Positions 25,232 through 36,120 of a DNA stretch of 64,000 nt are shown piece after piece. The DNA comes from Mobula hypostoma (taxonomy: Eukaryota), in the NCBI RefSeq assembly GCF_963921235.1, contig NC_086097.1, positions 9,424,001 through 9,488,000 on the forward strand, in the 5' to 3' direction. The position numbers and the translations under genes were made by a program. The notes beneath the pieces are model-generated. The model searched no databases, was not told where the DNA came from, and saw only the letters and a list, made by a program, of their open reading frames with translations. Every line of letters begins with the position of its first letter. Within the stretch, counting starts at the first letter, position 1.

Positions 25232-25550
25232 ATTAGCACAGTGGTGTTACTGTGCAATTGCTGTACAGTGCCACTGATCACAGATCAGGGTTTGACTTCC
25301 AGCAATAAGCTTGTTCATTCTCCTCATGACCAGTGACCAGTTGGGTTTCCTCTGAGTGCTCCAGTTTCCTTCCACATTCTCAAGACATACAGTTAAGTTC
25401 TGTGAGATGTGGGCATGCTATTTGGCGCCAGAAGGGTGGTGACACTTGCGGGCTGCCCCCAGCATATCCCCTGACTGCATTGGTTGTTAAATCAAAAATG
25501 ATGCATTTCACTGCATGTTTCAAAGTTTCAATGTAGGTGTGACAAATAGA
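25232..25550 (+). mobile_element. V-domain SINE with an alternative tail
   Basis: V-domain gggtttcctctgagtgctccagtttccttccaca; the tail resembles 4540-4700. Confidence 0.6.
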
Positions 25551-26096
25551 ATTTAAAGTTCATCATAAAACAAACTGTTGAGTGAACTTATACAAATGCT
25601 GGATGTTACTCCCAAGTTTCCACATTTGGGGTGTCTCTTGTAGGTTCACTTTGGAGGAATTCAGCAGGTCAAGTGACTCATGTAGAGGCAAAGGGATAGG
25701 CAGTAGTTTGGATCAGACCCCACTAAGCACACTGCATCAGTTCTGATGCAGCACCTCAACTATAAACATCGACCATTTATTTGCCTTCATGATGCTGCCT
25801 GACCACAGAGTTCCTTCAAGTTTCAGTTTTACTCCAGATTTCAGCCAGTGCAGTCTCCTGAGTCTTGCTGTCGGTTCAGATTTGTCTATTTAATATGAGG
25901 GAGTTTTGTTTGCTAGCTCTACCCTACTTATTTGCCTTACTGAACAGCAGGATAGCCCAGATCTCCCCAGTTGGTTTGGAAAAAGGGAATTAATTTGCAA
26001 GGAGTCATGGGTACAGTATAAAAAAAATGTACTAACCAGTTGAACCAAATAGCCTTTTTCTAAGAAAGTTCAAAGTACATTTATTATCAAAGTATG

Positions 26097-26713
26097 TGTA
26101 ACACGCTGTAAGGTTTCACTGTTAAGGCTAATGTAATGGCTCCTATGTAATGTTCCACTGCTAAGGAAATGGTTTCTCTGTAGCAGCAATGTTTGGGTTA
26201 TGGCTGGAGATAACGGGGCTTTGGAATGTATGTTAACCAATGAGGAAATGTTGTCCTTTCCTGTGTGTCTGAAAGCCGGGATTTTTGTGGTCTTTCCTCA
26301 GGGAGCGATGGAGAGAGAGGATACAAATGGAGGGAGTCAGAAGACCACCAGTTCGAATGGACTGAGGAGTGAGGGTCCGAAGGCCGGCTACACTTGGAGG
26401 TCAGCAACTCTCGGAGGAGGTCGATGGTTGTTGAATAGTCGTAACAGTGAGTTCCAACGATGCTCAATATACTTTTTTCCCTAAAACAGGCCCTTTTTCT
26501 TTTTATTTTCTTTACTAACCCTCTATCCAGATTAAGATATACAAAGTTCAATCATTTAATTGCATATGGTGTACTGTCGGATATTTTGCAGTGTGGATTT
26601 GTAACTGGGCAACATGTCACGCAGCATCCACACAAACGAGATTTCTCAGTTTGGCGGGGCCAGGAGTTGTTTTCCCCTGGACGAACACGTGCTGGCCGAG
26701 CCTGAGGGTTACA
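26097..26713 (+). mobile_element. Gypsy solo LTR
   Basis: TGTAAC...GTTACA termini, 4-bp TSD TATG, related to 38660-39382. Confidence 0.9.
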
Positions 26714-27007
26714 TATGTATGCAGTATACAACCCATCTTCCCACAGGCAGCCAGGAAACAAAGACCAGGAAACTGTTCAAAGAAAAACATCACACCCCCA
26801 AAGTGCAAAAAAACTAACATAGATAGCGTGAAGAGTGAAAAAAAGGAATGAGAAACACCTAATATAAAGCACCAATCCACATGGAAAGAGTCTGGACATA
26901 TTCAGTTTAGCTCAGCAGACTTCAATCTGGTGCTATGTTGTACGTTAACCTCAGCCCACAGCACCAGTGAGCGACCAGAAAGCAGAAACCCATCATAACA
27001 TGAACTC

Positions 27008-27145
27008 ATAAACACCAGGAATTCTGCAGATGCTGGAAATTCAAGCAGCACACATCAAAGTTGCTGGTGAACGCAGCAGGCCAGGCAGCATCTCTAGGTA
27101 GAGGTACAGGTGACGTTTCGGGCCAAGACGCTTCGTCAGGACATG
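27008..27145 (-). mobile_element. PLE-derived hammerhead unit
   Basis: 10-bp TSD ACATGAACTC. Minus strand reads gtc-ctgacga-agcgtcttggccc-gaaac-gtc. Confidence 0.85.
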
Positions 27146-27236
27146 ACATGAACTCTAGAGTCTAATCCACAAAACACGTTGATTAAACCTTGCACAAGAC
27201 CCAGGACTCTAATCCTCAATGGTTTTCATCGTTCTC

Positions 27237-27476
27237 TTTTTTTTTGGTGTGTGCCTGCGTGTGTGCGCGTCTGCGTGTGTGTCCGTGCGTCCGTGATGAT
27301 GTCTTTTTCATGGCTCTTACAAGGCGTGGAGCGAGAGAGAGAGACTGTGTGGCGTGCCACTCCTCACACAGATATTTTCGCAGTACTTTTCCCTTTATTT
27401 TAGGAGGTCAAGTTGCAATCTCGACACTCAACCCAGCATGGATGGGAACCTCTGCTCCCGGGTCCGGCGTCGACGA
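27237..27476 (-). mobile_element. Short retroposon sharing tail type A
   Basis: 14-bp TSD TTTTCATC(G/A)TTCTC. The sequence gaggagtggca/cg...cttgtaag is shared with 14920-14980. Confidence 0.65.
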
Positions 27477-28509
27477 TTTTCATCATTCTCAACACTTTAG
27501 TCAGTGAGGCTGGTGAGAAATAGTGTTGATCATGGGCTTGTACCCCATCTCCAAGCTTCTGGGCCTTGAGGCTGCACCATTTGCACAAAACCTTCCCAAA
27601 CCCTCTCAGAGACAGCAAAGCAGCAGATCATTCAGTTGGCCCAGAAGAACACCAACAAGATGTAGATCACAGGCTCCAACAGTAGCAGAACCACATTTGA
27701 AAGAAAAAAGGAAGCATGAAAGATGTGAAAGCAGTAGTTTCATGAATCTCCTGAAGAATGTCTCCCTTGGATGTATTGTTTGCTGGCTCCATCTTCTTGT
27801 AATTGTCAGATAGAAATTATTACATTGAATTGCAACAAGAAAGGCTATGGAATAATTAATAAAATATTCACTCCGAGTTATATGTTTTGGCATTCCATAG
27901 ATTTACGTACAGGTATATACTTTATGTGGTGCAAAATTATTCCACAAAATTTAATGCACCATCATCAATCCATTTTAGAAATTTGGCTGGAGTTTTTACA
28001 AGAAACAGCATCCTTCTACACTTCAGAGTTGCGGGTTATAGGTTTTCATCGCTTTCATAAGAAACACCTGCAAAATCCTCTTGTGTAATCAATATTAATG
28101 AGACACGCAGCTCTGGGTTCTCCTGCCAGATATTAAGTCTGCTTCAGCTTTCTTTACTTCTTTGTTCACTTTCTGATGTTGACTTAACAAAGGTCCTGGC
28201 TTTGAAGAATGAAAAGGGTCTGTGAAATCAGCTCTTTTTTTTCTCTCGGAGTATTAACAGGACATTATCCAGATTACACAAAGTGTCCTGAGTAATTGTG
28301 GGCATTTATCAGAATTGGGTATTTTAAGAAGATTTACAGTTTCAATTATAGTGATCACAAGACCTATTACTGGTGGCAGATGTGCTATTCTTGCCAGACA
28401 CTTCCTGCTAACTCAGTATCCAAGCATTTAACCCAATGGTGGTGCACCTGTAGTGAATGGTTGCCATTGGTTACTGCAGGACTAAGCATTTATCATCGGT
28501 CATTCACTT

Positions 28510-29345
28510 GTTACATAGTCAACTTCACTCACCCCAACACTGAACTGTTGCTACAACCTATGGACTCACTTTCAAGGACAGTTCATCTTATGTTGTTGAT
28601 ATTTATTGCTTATTTATTTAATATTACTTTTTGTTCTTTTTATATTTGCAGAGTTCGTTGTCTTTTGCACATTGGTTGTTCCATCTTATGTACGGTTTTT
28701 TGCTGATTCTGTTACATTTCTTTGCATTTACTGTGAATATCCATAAGAAAATGAATCTCAGGGTTGTATATGGTGACATATATGTACTTAAATAATAAAT
28801 TTACTTTGAACTTTGAACCTCAAACCTGTGTTTAATTAACAACTAAACAAATACAACCCTAAGATTCATTTTCTTACAGGTAAAACAATACCCCAAAAAA
28901 CTTAAAAACCACACCAGCCTGGTGGAAAACCAATGTGTGGATGACCACATTTTGTGCAAATAGAAAAAGAAGGAAATAATAATAATAATAATTAATAAAT
29001 AAGCAATAATTATCAAGAACATGAGTTGAAGTGTCCTTGAAAGTGAGTTCTGGGAACCTTTCAGTGATGGGGCAAGTGAAGTTACGTGAAGTTATCCCTT
29101 TTGGTTCAAGAGCCTGATGTATGAGGGGTAGTAACTATTCCTGAACCTGGTAGTGTGAGTCCTGAAGCTCCCCTATCTTGTTCTTGATGGCAGCGGTGAG
29201 AAGAGAGCATGACCTTGGTGGTTGATGTCCCTGATGATGGATGCTGCTTTCCTGAACACACTCCATGTAAATATGCTCTACAGTGAGGGTGGTTTTATCC
29301 GAGATGGACTAGGCCATGCCCACTATTTTTTGCAGGATTTTGTAC
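28510..29345. mobile_element. Two tail-to-tail Rex1-type 3' fragments
   Basis: Plus-strand tail aataaatttactttgaactttgaa at ~28795-28818, and a minus-strand LLPSR-type remnant at ~29140-29340. Confidence 0.6.
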
Positions 29346-29914
29346 TTAATATTTTTGTATAAATCTTACATTTTATTTTCTATGCACGCAGCTCTCTAGC
29401 CTTTATCTTTCAATTTATGCAGGCATGATTTCTGCTTTCACATAATTATTTTGTTTCCTTTTTCTGAGGTATTTGTTTCTTTCTCACTTGCAAAAAGTGT
29501 GTGCAACTCTTGTTATAGTCTCTTTTTCTCTGCAGATTCTTAATTTCCTTACTCTTGTTGCTGAACAATTTCCAAAACCCCTTCCTTTCATTTCTCTGCA
29601 ACACACACAAAATGCCGGAGGAACTCAGCAGGTCCTGCAGCATCTATGGAAATGAGTAAACAGTTGCTGTTTTGGGGTGAGACCCTTCATCAAGGCTCAT
29701 AAAGTCAGGACTCAAAGTCCTCGAAACTTCGATAATTCACTTTACCAACTCTAGATGGGATATAAATGGAGGAGAGCTAGGAAGCTGCAGGTGACTGTTA
29801 TTTAACAGAGAAGTATCCCAGCTTTTGTAACTCCAGGTTGTATCAAAACCTCAGGGTGTGCTGCCAACAGGAATTGCTCCTGAATTTAAAAGAGCAACAC
29901 TCCATTACCAGACC

Positions 29915-30102
29915 AATGCACACAAAATGCTGGAGGAACTCAGCAGGTCAGGCAGCATCTATGGAAATGAATCTTTCATCAAGACTACCCGAAATGCCGA
30001 ATGTTTACTCAGTTCCATAGATGCTGCCTGACCTGCAGAGTTCCTCGGGCATTTTGAGTGTGTTGCCCTGGATTTCCAGCATCTGCAGAGTCTCTTGAGT
30101 TT
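29915..30102. mobile_element. Palindromic PLE terminal unit with a collapsed centre
   Basis: aaaatgctggaggaactcagcaggtcaggcagcatctatggaa is inverted to ttccatagatgctgcctgacctgcagagttcctc. Another single arm lies at 29598-29696. Confidence 0.8.
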
Positions 30103-30924
30103 ATTTCTCTAGTCAGCTTCTTCATCTTTGTCTTCAGTTTTAGACTTTCTTTATCCATTCAGCCTCTCTCTTTTTCTGTTTTTATTCTTTGTGTGGATTA
30201 TAACTCCATCTGGATGATGATTCATACCCTATGATGTAGATGGAACTGCTGCAATTCATCTACTGTTTGTTTATGCAAGAACCGTTGAGTCTGCCCTGCA
30301 ATCTTTACAGAGTCAACCTGGGTGAAAACACACATAGATCAGAAGTCAATCATGATCTCACAAAGCAGACTCATTGGGCTAAATGTAGTCATGCTGTTCT
30401 TACATTCCAATACAGTTAAATAAGAGAATATAATGATCATTCCATGTGCAAACTGTCAAAGCCAAATGTCTGGACAAGCTCTGCTTTTCTTCAATAGAGT
30501 GTCATGTGATATTTCCCCGATGTTAAATGGTGTAAGTAAGCACTTTTAATATGATTACATCCTATATCCTGGAGATGGAGAACATTAGAATAATAATCCA
30601 TAACTGAACACTAACCCAATGAAAAACAATTGCAAGTAGTTGAAAGGAGTGCCTGATTTTCTGACGAACTCCCTGCTGAAAGCACAGATTCTGAAGAACA
30701 ATCACAGTGGATATTTTTGGCAATGCTGGATATCAGAAATCTTCAACAGAATTTAGAGACATTAAGACGCAAAAGATGACAAATAATGAAGAAGAATGTG
30801 CAAGTGACCAAAGAGGAAGAAATAGACAGATTCTAAGATTGGACATTGATCACAATACATTCGATAACTGAAGATTATTATAGCAAAGTTGGAAATATAA
30901 CAATATTATTTAATTTTAATTTAA

Positions 30925-31210
30925 TTTAATTTAATTGAGATACAGTACAGAATAGGCCCTTCTAGTCCTTTGAGCCATGTCACCCAAAAATCCCACGCTT
31001 TGATCCTAGCCTAATCACGGGACAATTTACAATGACTAATTAACCGACCAACTGGTACGTCTTTGGACTTTGGGAGGAAACTGGGTCACTTGGAAGAAAC
31101 CCACAGAGTCACGGGGAGAACACATAAACTCCTTACAGGCAGTGGCAGGAATTGTACACGATCGCCTATACCCTTATATTGTAAAGTGTTGTGCTAACCA
31201 TTACACTACT
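30925..31210 (-). mobile_element. V-domain SINE
   Basis: Collinear with 1236-1522. Confidence 0.8.
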
Positions 31211-31427
31211 GATTATCATCGAGGAACTACAGTACCGATTCGAAGAGTTGTACAGTATAGAAATAGATTCTTCAGTCCAACACCTCCATGTTGGACAAGT
31301 TGTGCCATTCACCTGGAGTTGGCCAATAGCCTTCTAAATATTTTCTATCAATGCAAAATTCAAAGTAAATTTATATCACTATATATATATATCAATATAT
31401 CTACCTAGCTATCTATATCTAGCTACC

Positions 31428-32620
31428 ACCCACAATGGCCCCCTACAGTTCACGTACCATCACAACCAATGACGCAATAGCCACTGCTCTACACACCGTT
31501 CTTACATATCTGGAAAAGAGGGATACTTATATGGGAATGCTGTTCTTGGACTACAGTACAGTATTCCTCCTGGCTTGACAAGAAGCGCAGAGACCTTAGC
31601 CTTCACCCTGCCTTGTGTAGCTGGATCCTGGACATCCTGTCAGATTGCTGGCAGGTGGTAAGAGTGGGCTTCCTTACCTCTACCCCTCTGACCCTCAACA
31701 CAGATGCCCCTCAGGGATGTGTCTTAAGCCTCCTCCTTTATCCCTGTATACCCATGACTGTGTCGCCACCCACAGCTCCAATATACTAATTAAATTTGCT
31801 GATGATACTACATTGATTGACCCTAATCTCAAATAATAACGAGGCATCCCACAGAGAAATCAACATCACCCTGACACAGTGGTGTCAAGAAAACAATCTC
31901 TCCCTCAATGTCACAAAAACAAAGGAGCTGGATGTGGACTACAGGAGGAATGGAGACAGGCTCACCCCTATTGATATCAATGGATCTGGGGCTGAGAGGG
32001 TAAACAGCTTTAAGTTCCTCGACATACACATCACCGATGTTCTTACGTGACTTGTACCTACTGGCTATGTGGTGGAAAAGGCACAACAATGCCTTTTTCA
32101 CCTCAGATGATTGAAGAATATTGGCATAAATCCCCAAGTCCTAAGGACTGACTACAGAGGCACAATTGAGAGCATCCTGACTGCCTGGTATGGGAACCAA
32201 ACTTTCCTCAATTGCAGGACTCTGCAGAGAGTGGTGCGGACAGCCCAGCACATCTGTAGATATGAATTTCCCACAATTCAGGACATTTATAGAAACAGGT
32301 GCATAAAAAGGGCCCGATGGATCGTTGGGGACCTGAGTCGCCCCAACCACAAACTTTTCTAGTTGCTACCATCTGGGAAACAGTACCGCAGCATTAAAGC
32401 CAGGACCAACAGATTCCAGGAAACCTTCTTCCAGCAGGCCATCAGATTGATTAATTCAAACAAATACAATCGTATTTCTGTGCTATATTGACTGTCCTGT
32501 TGTACATACTACTTATTACAAATTACTATAAATTGCACATTGCTCATTTAGATGGAAACGTAACGTAATGATTTTTACTCCTCATGTACGTGAAGGATGT
32601 TAGAAATAAAGTCAAATCAG
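31428..32620 (+). mobile_element. Decayed Rex1/Babar LINE
   Basis: YTHDCVATHSSNILIKFADDTTL, WCQENNLSLNVTKTKELDVDYR and LLPSGKQYRS. Confidence 0.9.
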
Positions 32621-32739
32621 TATATATATCATCAAGTACTATCCCGAGATTCATTTTCTTGCAGGGATTCACAGTAGACATAAAGAAGCACAATAGGATC
32701 AATGACACACCACACACAACAAGACGAACAACTAATAGC

Positions 32740-33841
32740 AGGAAAGCACTGTGACCATCATGCCTTGTGATTTCTCAAGTGCCTTCAATACCATATAGCC
32801 CACATTGCTGGGGGAGAGCTCCCTTCAGTGCAAGACTGGCACGTCCATTGTACCCTGGATAATGGACTACTTGACTGGTAGCTCACAGCTTGTGCTGCTT
32901 TCGAGTTGTGTGTCAGACATGGCCATAAGCAGCACTGGGGCCCCACAGAGGATTGTATTGGCTCCCTTCCTACTTACCCTGTATTCCTCGGACTTTAGAT
33001 ATAATACTGACTCATGTTAGCAGCAGACATTCTCTGATGATTCAGTCATAAGTTCGGTGTATAATGGGAGGATGAATACAGGGCCCTGTTGGAGGATTTT
33101 GTCAAATGATGCAGGCTGATTCATCTACAGCTCAACACCATTAAGACAAAGGATTTGTGAGGACTTTAAGAAGACTAACTCTGCAGTCCTCCCTGTTACT
33201 ACTGATGGTGAGGACGTGGATGTGGTGATGACCTACAAGTACCTGGGGGTGCATCTGGATGACAGACTTGAGTGGAGCACCTGCACAGAGGCCGTGTACA
33301 AGATGGGCCAGAGTCACCTCTACTTCTTGAGAAGGCTGAGGTCCTTTGTTCAGGCTTTTCCTTCACATGTTCTATTGTTGCCAGTGGTGCGCTGGGGCAA
33401 TGCCACCAACATGGGTGATGCCAACAGGCTTAATAAACTGATTAGAAAGGCTGACTCTGTTATTGGAGTCAAACTGGACTCACTGGAGCTTGTGGTAGAA
33501 CAAAGGACCCGATGGAAAATCCTGGCAAATCTGGACAATGTTTCTCACCCTCTGTATGCCACCTCGGATGAACAGAGGAGCACTTTTATTAATAGACTAA
33601 GAAAATTGCGCTGCTCCAAAGAGCACTATATGAGGTTATTCTTACTCGTGGCCATTAAGCTCTATAATGAGTCAACCTATAGCCAGGTAAGTTATGACCT
33701 CCTCCTGTTAGACTGTTTGAGATTATTTACTTTTTACTCTTTCTGACTTCTCTTCTAATATTTGTGTATCCGTATATCTGTGCACTTGTAGTGCTACTGT
33801 GACACTGTAATTTCCTTTGGGATCAATAAAGTATCTATCTA
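32740..33841 (+). mobile_element. Rex1/Babar LINE of a second family
   Basis: STGAPQRIVLAPFLLTLYSSDF, YKYLGVHLDDRLEWS and LYFLRRLRSF, followed by aataaa and a (TATC)n tail. Confidence 0.85.
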
Positions 33842-34203
33842 ATGTGCAAAAGAGAAAAGAAGCTGTGCAAATACAAAAAGGAAAAAAAAAGCAATAAATA
33901 TCAAAACACGAGATGTAGAGTCCTTGAAGCTGAGTCCATAGGTTGTGAGAACTGTTCAGTGTTAGCGTGAGTGAAGTTGAGTAAAGTTATCCCCTCTGGT
34001 TCAAGAGCCTGATGGTTGAGGGGGTAATAAGTATTTCTGAACCTGGTTGAGTGAGTCCTGAGGCTTCTATACCTCCTTCCCAATGGGAGTAGTGAGAAGA
34101 CCCCACGGCCTAGCTCAGGGGTCCCCAACCTTTTTTTGCACTGCGGACCAGTTTAATATTGACAATATTCTTGCAGACCAGCTGACCGGGGTGGGGGGAC
34201 GGG

Positions 34204-35613
34204 TAGGGTTGCCAACTTTCTCACTCCCAAATAAGGGACAAGAGTAGCAGTCAAATACGGGACACTTGAGTTTACCCCAAGAAAGACTACCGTGACCATG
34301 AAGCCTTGCGTGGGCACCTGTGTGTGTCACATACATGACGTGTGCATGTGTGTACGTGCCGATTTTTTTCTACAAATCGATTTTGGTAATTCTGTTCAGT
34401 GAAACTACACTGTACATACATTATTTCTACTTTATATAGGCTGTGTATTTATCATATCATTCCTGCTTTTACTATATGTTTGTTTTATCTTAGGTTTTAT
34501 GTTTTCTTGTTAATACTTCCTCTATCTGTTCCAAACACTCTTTAATTCAATTTAAAGCTGTTCATAGAGCACATATGTCTAAAGATAAATTAGCTCGTTA
34601 TTACTCTCATATTAATCCTCTTTGTGATAGATGTCATGGAGAGATAGCTTCCTTGACCCATATGTTTTGGTCTTGTCCTACTCTGGAAACTTTTTGGAAA
34701 GACATTTTTAATATTATCTCAAAGGTTCTGCATAGTGATATTTCTCCCCGTCCTATTACTGCTATCTTTGGATTATCTAAAACTTCTAGTAATTTACCCC
34801 CCTCAGCGTGTAGAATGATCGCATTTCTTACTTTAATGGCAAAAAGATGTGTTCTACAACATTGGAAAGAGATTAATGGCCCAACTACGTTTTTTTGGTT
34901 CTCTCAAACGATACTGTGTCTAAATTTGGAGAAAATCAGAAGTAAATTTTATGATACTTCAGTTAAATTTGAACAGAGCTGGAGAGCATTTATTCAATAT
35001 TTTCATTTAATCTAACTATTTTTTTCTCTCTGACCATATATACATTCCCTTTGTGGATTTTATCTGTTATTAGCGGAGGTCGGGTTTGAGGACGCGATTG
35101 TTTAATTGTTCGAAGTCTAGTATATACCTAGTTAGCCTGTTGCTTTGCTCTGTTAGGTTAGTTGCATGGTAGGTTTTTTAATTCTGGGTTTTTTTTTCGT
35201 TCTGTTGGTATATATGAAAAATTATTATACAATTATATTACCTTATTATTCTATAATTAACATACGTTGTTTGTATCTTTTTTGTATTAATATTACTGTT
35301 ATATTTATATCCTAACAATGTATTGGTTGCTATATGTTTTACTCTTTGTGTACTAATTCAATAAAAAGATTTAAAAAGAAAGAAAAGGTTTTATGTGTCA
35401 TTTGGTATGATTTGGTAGGTTATTTTTTGGGTCTGGGAACTCTCATTAATGGTAATTGCTTCTTCACTTTACGCCATTTCAGCACGAAAGGTTTCATAGG
35501 AACGCTCTACCTTAGTGGGGGAAATACGGGACAAGGGCGGTCCCGTATGGGACAAATGAATTTAGCCCAATATACAGGATGTCCCAGCTAATACGGGACA
35601 GTTGGCAACCCTG
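34204..35613. mobile_element. Nested hAT (Blackjack-like) MITE
   Basis: TIRs tagggttgccaact / agttggcaaccctg, with repeated subterminal acgggaca motifs. Confidence 0.75.
34503..35385 (+). mobile_element. L1-clade LINE 3' fragment (ORF2 CCHC domain, 3' UTR, A-rich tail)
   Basis: CDRC..SLTHMFWSCP zinc knuckle in ORF 34575-35015, aataaa plus an A-rich tail, and an 11-bp TSD AGGTTTTATGT. Confidence 0.9.
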
Positions 35614-35769
35614 GGGGGGAGGGAGTGTTAATCTCGATTGGAATATAGGTGATAAGTCAACTAAAAGTCACTTATTAGTGGCTAATACGCTCAATTTTGT
35701 TTCTAAAAGGGTTTATCTAAAGAATTTAATATTAAACACACAGCTCATATTTTCCTCGTATGAACATAT

Positions 35770-36120
35770 GTTGGTTGTTCGTCCATCGTTGTTGTCGATG
35801 AGAACCTCGACACCATTATGATGGTGTCGAGACTAGCGCGTGATTTGGATTTAAGTGAGGGAGAGTTGCGCAGCGTCAGCCTCACTCTCTCTTCCCAATT
35901 CCCATCTGGATCCAGTGGCAAGACAGAGTCTAGATGGCTGGAGATGAGACTAGGTGCAGTGGATGACCAGGACATCTTCTGTGTCTTGTCCTGCTCTACA
36001 CATTCCACGACGCTGGCAGAGACCGCCTTCTTGACCGTTGGACCTTCCATAGGTCTCATCCGCTCAATCCGCCGGAGTCTGTCTTCACATGCTGGGATAG
36101 ACAACTCCCTATCGCACCGA
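35770..36120 (-). mobile_element. RTE-derived non-autonomous element
   Basis: Same family as 12402-12632; absent from hAT copy 2. Confidence 0.65.

Larger units (their letters stand above)
26066..27800 (-). mobile_element. Non-coding LINE-derived element hosting three later insertions
   Basis: Homologous to 9930-10680. Contains a solo LTR, a hammerhead unit and a SINE. Confidence 0.55.

Noticed and set aside
27895..28090. Possible host exon
   Set aside because: No recognisable protein, no consistent acceptor/donor pair, and stops in the minus-strand frames after the candidate acceptor.
30661..30685. CTGACGA...GAAA hammerhead-like match
   Set aside because: No stem II or stem I pairing and no PLE context; a chance match.
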